A stretch of 64,000 nucleotides of DNA. Origin: Planctomycetota bacterium. GTDB lineage: Bacteria; Planctomycetota; Phycisphaerae; Sedimentisphaerales; Anaerobacaceae. The position numbers and the translations under genes were made by a program. Below, one piece after another: positions 54,268 through 62,633 of this stretch (its first letter is position 1; the number at the start of each line of letters is the position of its first letter). The stretch covers positions 372 to 64,371 of the forward strand of contig JBDRMP010000055.1 in NCBI GenBank assembly GCA_043811995.1, written 5' to 3'. The notes under the pieces are model-generated. The model did no database searches. It worked only from the letters and a program-made list of their open reading frames with translations, and was not told the origin of the DNA.

Positions 54268-55821
54268 TTATTTCCCAAGCGGTTTTAACAACGGAAACAG
54301 CACCACGTCACGAATGCTCGTTGCGCCCGTCAATACCATAACAAGCCGGTCTATCCCTATCCCCAGCCCGCCCGCGGGCGGCATACCGTATTTCAACGCC
54401 GTAACAAAATCCTCGTCCATCGTTGCCATTGTCTCGTGCTGGCCCCGAAGCTGACGCCTGAAATTCTCCTCCTGGACCGCCGGGTCGTTCAACTCCGTAT
54501 AGGCGTTGGCTAATTCCATCCCCGCGATATAAAGCTCGAACCGCTCTGCAATATCCGGCTGCTCCTTCTTCCGCTTTGTCAAAGGACACAGCGCCGCCGG
54601 ATAATCCATCACGAACGTTGGTTTAATCAGGTGCTCCTCGACCGTCTTCTCAAAAACCTCATTTGTTACCACCGCGTCATCCATATTCGTATGCTCAATC
54701 CCAAGCTGACTGGCTTTTGTTCGCACGCTGGCAATATCGCTAATCTCACATTCGCCGTATTCTTTTAATAGCTCCGCGTATTTCGCCCGCCGCCAGGGCC
54801 TGATGAAATCGACTGACATTTCGCCAAATTGGCTTTTGCCCCCTTCACAGTATTTTCCCGCCAGAAGGCAAATCAGCTCCTCCGTCAGGTCCATCATAAT
54901 GTTGTAGTCCGCGTAGGCCTGGTACAGTTCGAGCATCGTAAATTCCGGATTATGCCGCGTGCTCAGCCCTTCGTTGCGGAAGTTGCGGTTTATCTCAAAC
55001 ACCTTTTCCATCCCGCCCACAAGCAGCCGCTTCAGGAACAGTTCCGGCGCAATCCGTAAAAACAAATCCATATCCAAAGTATTATGATGTGTTATAAACG
55101 GCTTCGCCGCCGCGCCTCCCGCTATCGTCTGCATCATCGGCGTCTCGACCTCGACGAAGCCCAAACCCGTCAAAAACTCCCTGATTGTTCGCAGTATGGC
55201 GCTGCGCTTTTTGAATAGTTCCATTACCTCCGGATTTGCCCATAGGTCCACGTATCGCTGCCGGTAACGCAAATCAATATCCGCCAGCCCGTGCCATTTC
55301 TCAGGAGGCGGCATCAGCGATTTGCTCAAAAGCACTACCTCGTCCCCCCATATCGTTATCTCGCCTGTCTTTGTCTTTCCCAGCCCTCCCGACACCCCGA
55401 TTATGTCGCCCACTTCGAGCAGCTTAATAAAATCCCATTGTGCGCTCAGCAAACTCTTGCTCAAACCCGCCTGTATCGTGCCGCTCGAGTTCCTCACCGT
55501 CAGGAAAATCAGCTTGCCTATGTCACGCAGCAGAACTATCCTGCCCGCGCATTTGGCTTTCAGTCCTTCTTCTGCCTTCCCTGCCTGCACCCGCACGTCT
55601 TTAGCGGGTGTCCCCGAGTGTTGCTCCTTTGGTTCTGCAGCAGGGGATACAGATTCGTCCTCCGCGTCTTTGAATCTCGCCTTTATTTCCGCCGCCGGCT
55701 CCGCACCGTCGTATCTGCACCCGTATGGGTCGATTCCCATCCGTTTTATGGCGAGAAGCTTCTCCTGCCTCGCCTGCTCAAGTTTGTCCGTCGTAGGTTT
55801 TGAATTTTGAAATTCGGTCAT
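54268..55821 (-). CDS. lysS: lysine--tRNA ligase (class II)
   Basis: OB anticodon-binding domain, then class II motifs ...FVEVETPMMQ..., ...FRNEGLSTRHNPEFTMLELY..., ...GGLGIGIDRLVM... Start trimmed to MTEFQNSKPTTDKLEQARQEKL; the track start at 55881 overlaps the upstream gene. Confidence 0.92.
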   Translation of the reverse strand: MTEFQNSKPTTDKLEQARQEKLLAIKRMGIDPYGCRYDGAEPAAEIKARFKDAEDESVSPAAEPKEQHSGTPAKDVRVQAGKAEEGLKAKCAGRIVLLRDIGKLIFLTVRNSSGTIQAGLSKSLLSAQWDFIKLLEVGDIIGVSGGLGKTKTGEITIWGDEVVLLSKSLMPPPEKWHGLADIDLRYRQRYVDLWANPEVMELFKKRSAILRTIREFLTGLGFVEVETPMMQTIAGGAAAKPFITHHNTLDMDLFLRIAPELFLKRLLVGGMEKVFEINRNFRNEGLSTRHNPEFTMLELYQAYADYNIMMDLTEELICLLAGKYCEGGKSQFGEMSVDFIRPWRRAKYAELLKEYGECEISDIASVRTKASQLGIEHTNMDDAVVTNEVFEKTVEEHLIKPTFVMDYPAALCPLTKRKKEQPDIAERFELYIAGMELANAYTELNDPAVQEENFRRQLRGQHETMATMDEDFVTALKYGMPPAGGLGIGIDRLVMVLTGATSIRDVVLFPLLKPLGK

Positions 55822-55827
55822 TGGAGC

Positions 55828-55862
55828 TTGTTTCGTATTTAGATATTGGAATTTAGAATTTC
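55828..55862 (-). repeat. heptad-periodic A/T-rich spacer (S41 peptidase / lysS junction)
   Basis: mRNA sense: GAAATTC TAAATTC CAATATC TAAATAC GAAACAA, then GCTCCA ATG. The first two units are an imperfect inverted repeat (11/14) of GAATTTCAAAATTC at 55815-55802, inside the first lysS codons. Confidence 0.7.
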
Positions 55863-58207
55863 TCGGCCTGTGCCTGCTCACGAATCAGCTTGCTCTTAAT
55901 CACTAATATCGCCGTCGTCAATTGCGGGTCCGCCTCAATTGTCTGCTCCAGCGAATGTCTCTTCAATGGCCCTGCGTCAGCGTTGTGCCCCGCCTTGAAA
56001 AGCACCTCATTATCGCGCTGGATGTCGAACATCCTGCGAAGCTCATTGCTGCGCATCTCCACCGTAACATCCGGCCCGACGCCCCAGTCATTCGTATTCT
56101 CCTTTTCAGCCTCATCCCGGCTTTTCACTCGCTGGCCTGACGGCAAATGATAATATGCCATCGTATATTTCAGCTGCGCCCCTTCGCCCGGATAGTGCGT
56201 TATCCCCTGAACCATCCCCTTGCCGTGCGTCCGTTCCCCCACTAACGTCGCTCGCCTGTGAGATGGGTCGGCAAGCGCGCCCGCAACAATCTCCGACGCG
56301 CTTGCAGAACCGGAGTTAACGAGCACCACCATCGGATAGTCCGGATGCGTCCCTTTCTTGTGTGCCGCCGCGTATGTCGGTATCCCGAACCGAGGCCGCG
56401 TTATCACTATCAGCCCGTCATCCAGAAAATCATCCGCTACCTCAACTGCGCTGTCGAAATATCCGCCGGAGTTAAAACGCAAATCCAGAATCAAACCTCG
56501 AATCCCGGCCGCCTCCAGCGAATCCAGCGAGTCCTCAAGGTCTGATGCCGTCTTCTCCGAAAAACCCGTCAGACGGACGTACCCGATTTTTCCCCTCTCA
56601 TCCACTATGTATTGCCACTTCCCTTCGTCGTCTCTCTGCCAGCCGCGAATCGTAGGAACTACTATCCTCGCCCGCGTTATCGTTATATCGCGAGATTGAA
56701 GCTCCCCTTCACGCCTTATCGTCAGCGTCACCTTTGTCCCAGAGGGTCCAGTTATGCTCTTGACCGCGCAGCCAATCGGCATGTCTTTTGTCGTAACCCC
56801 GTCAACCTTCTCTATCACGTCGCCTGCGTCAAGCCCCGAATTATACGCAGGCGTGTCAGGCACCAAGCTCGCTACAGTCAACTGACCCTTCTGCTTGCTT
56901 ATCTCTATGCCGATTCCCGAAAACTCATTCGTCATTGCCTTCTCAAAGTCCGATACGTACGTCGGCCAGACAATTACCGTATATGGGTCCAGCGCAGAAA
57001 ACGATGCCTCCGCAAACTGCGATATTACAACCTCCTCCGGAAACCGCGCACTGGTCAAATTAAGTTCGAGGACCTTCTCGAAAGCTGCTATGTATCTGTC
57101 CTTCCCCGCCCCTTCGGACCAGCTCGTCGTCTCCTGCTCAAGCCCCGAAAGACCCGAACTTAGCTTCGCTATCGCATTCGCATCCGGCACAAAATCCTTG
57201 AAACTCTCTCCTAATGACGCCAGGTTCGGTTCGCTGTTGCTCTTTTGCGTAAGTGTCCCCACCACTTCCGCTAACAATCGGCATCGCCTTATACCCTTCG
57301 ACGCCATTTCACGATAATCTATCTTGTTCACATAATTGAAATTAAGCGCGTCGACCGCTCGCTCAAATATCCTCCGCTTTACCCCGTCAAACCTCTGCCT
57401 GCTTGTCTCGCAGGGACTGTCCTGAAATGAACCCGCTATCTCCGCCTTTTCTATCAGCCGTTCCGCGTAATCCTTATAGCTCTTGTTGTTCGGCTCAAGT
57501 GCCGCAAGCCAGCTATAATACCTTACATAGCTGTCGAGCCACTTGCCTTCGTCCTCGAGCTTTGCCGCCTCCGCCTTGGCGCTCGCAATAGCACCGATGA
57601 CACACGGGTCTGACAATAACGCCTCTTTCTGCTGCTCATTGGTGAATTCGATTGTCCGCGTAATGGCCGCCAATATCGCCGTCGGTCCGGTCGGTGCATT
57701 AACGTCGTTGACGTCGTTTACGTCGTTATATTCTGTGGTGGAGTTAATATCTGCGGGCAGACCTTTCTTTACTCTCTCGAATGCCGCCAATTGCTCTTTG
57801 TAAGACGCCTCACGTCCCGATTCCCTTTCCTTCTGCAGCTTGTCCCACTGCCCAACTATGTCCTTCAGTTCCGAGACCGGCTTCCATCCCTGCCGCTCAT
57901 GGCCCGATGCCTCTATTAGCTGACCTGCCGCGTCGAATTTCCCCTGCTCAATCAGAACGCAGGCCGTCTCAACAATCTCTCGTTCGCTTGACGCGGAATC
58001 GTTCGGCTCGCCTCGATGAATAACGCCCAGACCTTGCGTCTTTCCGGATAGTTCTGCGACCTTTGGAGTGGGCCGACTTTCTCCGACACTAACCGTTGCC
58101 GCGTATGAATAGAAACATCCGCAAGCTGCCGCAAGCAGTGCCAGACATAATACTCGTGCGGCCCACCTCCGCTTTTTTCCTTTGTTCCTGTTATGTTCTG
58201 CTTTCAT
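55853..58207 (-). CDS. S41 family C-terminal processing (tail-specific) peptidase with a PDZ domain
   Basis: PDZ ...VASLVPDTPAYNSGLDAGDVIEKVDG... S41 core ...LILDLRFNSGG... and ...VLVNSGSASASEIVAGAL... (Ser nucleophile context). Large helical N-terminal region and a signal peptide. Confidence 0.88.
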   Translation of the reverse strand: MKAEHNRNKGKKRRWAARVLCLALLAAACGCFYSYAATVSVGESRPTPKVAELSGKTQGLGVIHRGEPNDSASSEREIVETACVLIEQGKFDAAGQLIEASGHERQGWKPVSELKDIVGQWDKLQKERESGREASYKEQLAAFERVKKGLPADINSTTEYNDVNDVNDVNAPTGPTAILAAITRTIEFTNEQQKEALLSDPCVIGAIASAKAEAAKLEDEGKWLDSYVRYYSWLAALEPNNKSYKDYAERLIEKAEIAGSFQDSPCETSRQRFDGVKRRIFERAVDALNFNYVNKIDYREMASKGIRRCRLLAEVVGTLTQKSNSEPNLASLGESFKDFVPDANAIAKLSSGLSGLEQETTSWSEGAGKDRYIAAFEKVLELNLTSARFPEEVVISQFAEASFSALDPYTVIVWPTYVSDFEKAMTNEFSGIGIEISKQKGQLTVASLVPDTPAYNSGLDAGDVIEKVDGVTTKDMPIGCAVKSITGPSGTKVTLTIRREGELQSRDITITRARIVVPTIRGWQRDDEGKWQYIVDERGKIGYVRLTGFSEKTASDLEDSLDSLEAAGIRGLILDLRFNSGGYFDSAVEVADDFLDDGLIVITRPRFGIPTYAAAHKKGTHPDYPMVVLVNSGSASASEIVAGALADPSHRRATLVGERTHGKGMVQGITHYPGEGAQLKYTMAYYHLPSGQRVKSRDEAEKENTNDWGVGPDVTVEMRSNELRRMFDIQRDNEVLFKAGHNADAGPLKRHSLEQTIEADPQLTTAILVIKSKLIREQAQAEKF

Positions 58208-58242
58208 CAGCTTTAAGTTTCAAATTTTGAATTATGAATTTA
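58208..58242 (-). repeat. heptad-periodic A/T-rich spacer (fba / S41 peptidase junction)
   Basis: mRNA sense: TAAATTC ATAATTC AAAATTT GAAACTT AAAGCTG, then ATG. Contains the 13-nt near-palindrome TTCAAAATTTGAA. Confidence 0.7.
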
Positions 58243-58243
58243 T

Positions 58244-59188
58244 TTACAGGCATTCCCCTGCTTTGCCCGCGCAACCCAGCACGTGCAGTTTATGCTTGAC
58301 CATCGCCTTTATCGCGTCCCTGCCCGGGCCTAAATATTTCCGAGGGTCAAATTCGCTTGGCTTTTCAGCAAACACCTGCCGAATCTTCGCCGTAAGCGCC
58401 AGCCGCAAGTCCGTATCTATGTTCACCTTGCAAATCGCCAGCTTCGATGCCTCGGTTATCGCCGACTCGGGCACGCCCATAGCGTTTGGCATTTTGCCGC
58501 CGTATTTGTTAATCAGGTCCACAAATTCCTTCAAAACGCTGCTCGAACCGTGCATCACCAGCGGGAAACCAGGCATCAATTCCTGCATCTTTTGAATACG
58601 GTCTAACGCGAGCTTCGGCTCGGTCTTGAACTTATACGCCCCGTGGCTGGTCCCAACCGCCACCGCTAATGAATCAACACCGCTTTTTTCGACGAATTCA
58701 ACCGCCTGTTTGGGGTCGGTCAGGTGCTTTTCGATATCGTCAACGCCGACGACGTCCTCTTCGATTCCGCCTAATTGCCCCAGTTCCGCCTCGACTACCA
58801 CGCCGTGCTTGTGGGCATATTCTACTACCTGTTTGGTGACCTTTATGTTCTCCTCAAAAGACATCTTCGATGCGTCTATCATAACCGAGGTAAAACCGTC
58901 ATCGACGAACTGCTTGCACGTCTCGAAGTTGTCGCCGTGGTCCAGATGCGTCACAATCGGTATATCCGGGTTTTCCTTCACCGCCACGTTCATTATCGCC
59001 GTCAGGTAGCTGTTGCTCGCGTACTCCCTAGCGCCCCGCGACACCTGCAGTATCAGCGGCGACTTTTCCTCTGCTATCGCCTGTATGATACCCTGCGTTA
59101 TTTCCATATTGTTCACGTTGAACGCCCCAACCGCGTAGCCGTTCTTATAGGCCATCTCAAACATCTTTTTGGTCGTTACCAATGGCAT
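58244..59188 (-). CDS. fba: class II fructose-1,6-bisphosphate aldolase
   Basis: MPLVTTKKMFEMAYKNGYAVGAFNVNNME...PIVTHLDHG...EAELG...GTSHGAYKF... are the Zn-aldolase class II motifs. Confidence 0.92.
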   Translation of the reverse strand: MPLVTTKKMFEMAYKNGYAVGAFNVNNMEITQGIIQAIAEEKSPLILQVSRGAREYASNSYLTAIMNVAVKENPDIPIVTHLDHGDNFETCKQFVDDGFTSVMIDASKMSFEENIKVTKQVVEYAHKHGVVVEAELGQLGGIEEDVVGVDDIEKHLTDPKQAVEFVEKSGVDSLAVAVGTSHGAYKFKTEPKLALDRIQKMQELMPGFPLVMHGSSSVLKEFVDLINKYGGKMPNAMGVPESAITEASKLAICKVNIDTDLRLALTAKIRQVFAEKPSEFDPRKYLGPGRDAIKAMVKHKLHVLGCAGKAGECL

Positions 59189-59493
59189 ACCGTTCTCCTT
59201 TACTTCTTCGTTCTATTGTTCTTTGTTCCGCGTTTTTTGTTTAAAAACCAAAAGTAAGTAGTATACCGCCTTCGCCGGGGATTTCAAACTAAACTTGCCT
59301 ATTCTCCCATTTATACTGCCGAGTTCTTGATGGTTTGTGAGACCGGCTGATAAAATGGCATTCGTGATTCGGAGGATACTTAACATTGGTAAAAAAGCAG
59401 GTTTTTCATTGTAGGAGTGTTATTGTCAGAACGTATAAGTTTTTTTCGAAGTGTTAATCGGCAATTTCCCTAAAACGTTTTTCGATGAAGGTT

Positions 59494-59522
59494 TTGTATT
59501 ATCTGAGCTAATATGATAGAAT
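59494..59522 (+). promoter_or_regulatory. sigma-70-like promoter with an extended -10
   Basis: TTGTAT (59494-59499), 17-nt spacer ending in TG-A, then TAGAAT (59517-59522). A small dyad TCATCA-TTA-TGATGA (59547-59561) follows, just before the start codon. Confidence 0.5.
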
Positions 59523-59571
59523 CTGACATCTATTTTTCATCATTATGATGAGCTTTTAGCAGGGTGTGATT

Positions 59572-60642
59572 ATGTTGAAACGGGCCAAAATGCCGAAAAT
59601 AACGTTAAAGCCGGCCACTATGACGGCTATTGCCTTGGGCGTTGCCTTTTTTAGCGGGTGCTCTTTGACCGGTGCGCCGAGAGTCCGGCTGGGAAGCTAT
59701 GCCACCTCAACGCCGGGAACAAATTTTATTGATGTAAACTCGCTGGGGAGACATTCATATTACAGTTTTTTGTTCGAGAACAACGGCATCGCATATACCT
59801 GCAGGGGCGGTCATATCGATATCGCACACGTGAGAATCGGCGCCGATAACGTAAGGTACCTTTATTACAAGATAAGAAAAAATCTCATAAATTCCAATTC
59901 CACCATCAAGTTCAAATTGAACGTGGAGCCGTCCACGTATTTTGTCACAATTCATTATCCGCCCGGCTGGGAAGACCTCACGCGAAAAGAAAAACGGCAG
60001 ATAGCCGACGAGCTTGCGATTGAAATGAGTCAGTATTTCACTTTTACTATGACCACCTGGCACGAGGTCCTGACGTGGTTCGGCTATAAGTGTATGGCTG
60101 TTTTGCCCGAGCAGCCCTCGGCGTTTTCATGGGAGGATATTTACTCGAACCTCGTCGGCATAAGAATCGGCGCCCGGGCCTTGCAGGATAAGGAGCATTC
60201 CTATAATAACGCGGTCACTATCGGCATTAAAAAAGAGCTTGAGGATCTGGGCGCACAATCGCGTCATACCGCTTGGAAAGCCGCCGAGAAAATGAGAGGT
60301 AAATGGTTTGACGGCATAGTGCTTGTTGATATGAAGGAAAGAAACTTCGATATAGGCCTCGATGATGGTCTCGTCACGCCCATGCTTGTTCCCGGTGTAT
60401 GTGAAAACGCCGAGCCGCAATCTTATCCCGTTCCAGTCCTCGACAAGCTCTATAAACGCGGATTTACTATGGAATTCGAAGTTGAGCCGAAGGAATTTGA
60501 AAGAGGCAGAATTCTCAAAATCATTTACCCCAACGGGGGCCACAGCAGAATCCGGCCGGCTGAACATATACCGGTCGTTGTTGACTATATAAAGAAAACT
60601 TTCTACAACGGCTCAAAGCAACAAACTACAGAGCCCAGATAA
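59572..60642 (+). CDS. lipoprotein, unknown function (possibly DUF4056-like)
   Basis: Signal/lipobox ...TAIALGVAFFSGCSL. Conserved-looking CRGGHIDIAHVR block. The family assignment is from memory and weak. Confidence 0.6.
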   Translation: MLKRAKMPKITLKPATMTAIALGVAFFSGCSLTGAPRVRLGSYATSTPGTNFIDVNSLGRHSYYSFLFENNGIAYTCRGGHIDIAHVRIGADNVRYLYYKIRKNLINSNSTIKFKLNVEPSTYFVTIHYPPGWEDLTRKEKRQIADELAIEMSQYFTFTMTTWHEVLTWFGYKCMAVLPEQPSAFSWEDIYSNLVGIRIGARALQDKEHSYNNAVTIGIKKELEDLGAQSRHTAWKAAEKMRGKWFDGIVLVDMKERNFDIGLDDGLVTPMLVPGVCENAEPQSYPVPVLDKLYKRGFTMEFEVEPKEFERGRILKIIYPNGGHSRIRPAEHIPVVVDYIKKTFYNGSKQQTTEPR

Positions 60643-60810
60643 CGCTCCGCCCGGCTAAAGACCAGGGCCTCACAAGCCAAAGTTACCGCCAAAAAACCCC
60701 GCCTTAGAGTAATTGCTTCTCCGCAATTCCCAAAGGTGTATTCAAACCAGGGCCGGCCGTCAATTACCTCCTGATAATGCTCAATCGTTTACCCCGGAGT
60801 ATGAATCGGA

Positions 60811-62307
60811 TTATTCTTTCTGGGCAGGACTTTTATAGTCATCCGGTAATCCAATCGGTGTAATTTTTTTGATGTGAATAAGGGCCTCCAGAAAACCGCC
60901 TTTTTGCTCATCTCGGCGCCAGGCAAAAATATCTCCTTCCTTAACAGGGTAACCTCGGGAAGATGAGCTAAAATATAATGGAAAGGCCATTTCTTCAAAA
61001 GATTCGTTGTTACCGACGTACATTAAATAGCCATTTGACGGCCTTATCTGACAGGAATTATTTATCCAGTCACCCAATGCAAACACGGGATAACGCACGT
61101 CCGGCCATTCATTATCCGGCTGCCAGTATTCCTTTGTTTTAATCGTTGCTCGGCCGCTCAACCAGTTATTTGGCTCGTTAGACCTGCGAAAACGCCAGTC
61201 AAAATCTATTATACGATGTCTGTAAGCGTTTATTGTAACCTCAGTTGTCTTTCCTAAGATTACCTCGGCAGATTTGACGGGACTTCCGAAAGAATTATTT
61301 TTGGCTAGTTCCATGTTGTATTTCCCCGGGCCGATGGAATCAAATAGGCAATGGTTCTCTTTTATCGGCCTGGTTATTCCATAATAGAAACCGTAAACTT
61401 TCAAGCTCACCTCAGCGTCATTTAGCTTTAAACTGTCTTCAGCTTGAACATTTACCGATAGATTGCCGCGATATTCTTGTGGAACACAACGAACAATGAC
61501 GTTGCCAAATGCAGTCACTTTTCCTTTTTGCACTTCTACTTTAAGCGTTATCGGGTAATGATATATGCCTCCAATCATTACGTTTCCGATAACTGACGCA
61601 TCTTTATCATTCGGCTCAGCTATACTATAACGCCAGAATGATGAGCCGACGTATACGGCATCTCTGTTCTGGATACTTCGCGAGTTCGAATACCCGCCAT
61701 CTGGAGAGAATATGTATATACTGCTGTTACAACTATATGGTCCACACCCGATCATTACTGAAGGATTTTCAAGATTTTCATCTTCAAAGAATAAACGTAA
61801 TACTGTTATTCCCATTCCGCTGCGGTTCCTTGAGACAATACTTTCCGCTCTTGACATGTATTCTTTCCATACTTTCGTTTCCGGGCGGGGAGGAGCGTAA
61901 AGATATATAATCTTGTCATCGTACTTGATATTTTTTGTCTCTTTGTTGATTCGTTTGGCAAATGCATTGATTCTATTTGAATATTTTTTATAAAGATTCG
62001 TATGAGAATAATCTTTTTTAAAGCCACTCATAACGTATTTGGCATTCATATAATCTTCTTCGTCAACAAGGTTTTGCAGTTTCGTTAATTTCTCCTGCGC
62101 TTTGTATTCCTCTTCGGCTGTTGCCCTGGTGGACCTAGGGGATGAACACCCCGTAAGAATGATAAACAGAAGTGCAACAAAGAACAAAAACACTTTGATA
62201 AACGGGTAATTTGGGATGACCTTGAAAAAATTGTTCGAGCTTGAGTTGTTGCAGGAAATCATATCAATATCCTCCAAATATTCCTCTTGGTTTTTAGGTG
62301 TTTGCAT
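60811..62307 (-). CDS. lipoprotein, unknown function, in a visibly A+T-rich gene
   Basis: 498-aa ORF. TM/lipobox FLFFVALLFIILTGCSS. Asn/Lys/Tyr-rich composition. No family recognised. The true start may be the internal Met at 62262. Confidence 0.7.
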   Translation of the reverse strand: MQTPKNQEEYLEDIDMISCNNSSSNNFFKVIPNYPFIKVFLFFVALLFIILTGCSSPRSTRATAEEEYKAQEKLTKLQNLVDEEDYMNAKYVMSGFKKDYSHTNLYKKYSNRINAFAKRINKETKNIKYDDKIIYLYAPPRPETKVWKEYMSRAESIVSRNRSGMGITVLRLFFEDENLENPSVMIGCGPYSCNSSIYIFSPDGGYSNSRSIQNRDAVYVGSSFWRYSIAEPNDKDASVIGNVMIGGIYHYPITLKVEVQKGKVTAFGNVIVRCVPQEYRGNLSVNVQAEDSLKLNDAEVSLKVYGFYYGITRPIKENHCLFDSIGPGKYNMELAKNNSFGSPVKSAEVILGKTTEVTINAYRHRIIDFDWRFRRSNEPNNWLSGRATIKTKEYWQPDNEWPDVRYPVFALGDWINNSCQIRPSNGYLMYVGNNESFEEMAFPLYFSSSSRGYPVKEGDIFAWRRDEQKGGFLEALIHIKKITPIGLPDDYKSPAQKE

Positions 62308-62633
62308 GAAAGACCCTTTGTACTGTCAAAGTAACTGTATCAGCCCATTAAACAGTGTCAAGAGAAAAACAGATAATACTCCGCCGTTTTTTCATAAGCT
62401 CTTGTGGAAGGCGATTACTGCTTGAAATGTCTTTTCAAAATTTGCAAATGCCGTAGGTGTAAACAATTTCCAAGCCGACTTTATTTCAATTTATCGGTCG
62501 GGACGGTTTTCCCGTTGGCCTGGCTGGCCCGTCACTATTTTACGCTGTTTATGCTGGCATTGGCCGGGTATGCGGGTATAATCTGGCAAAAAGCCGAAGT
62601 GGGTAACTTGCTACGAATAATCAAATCCGGGAT

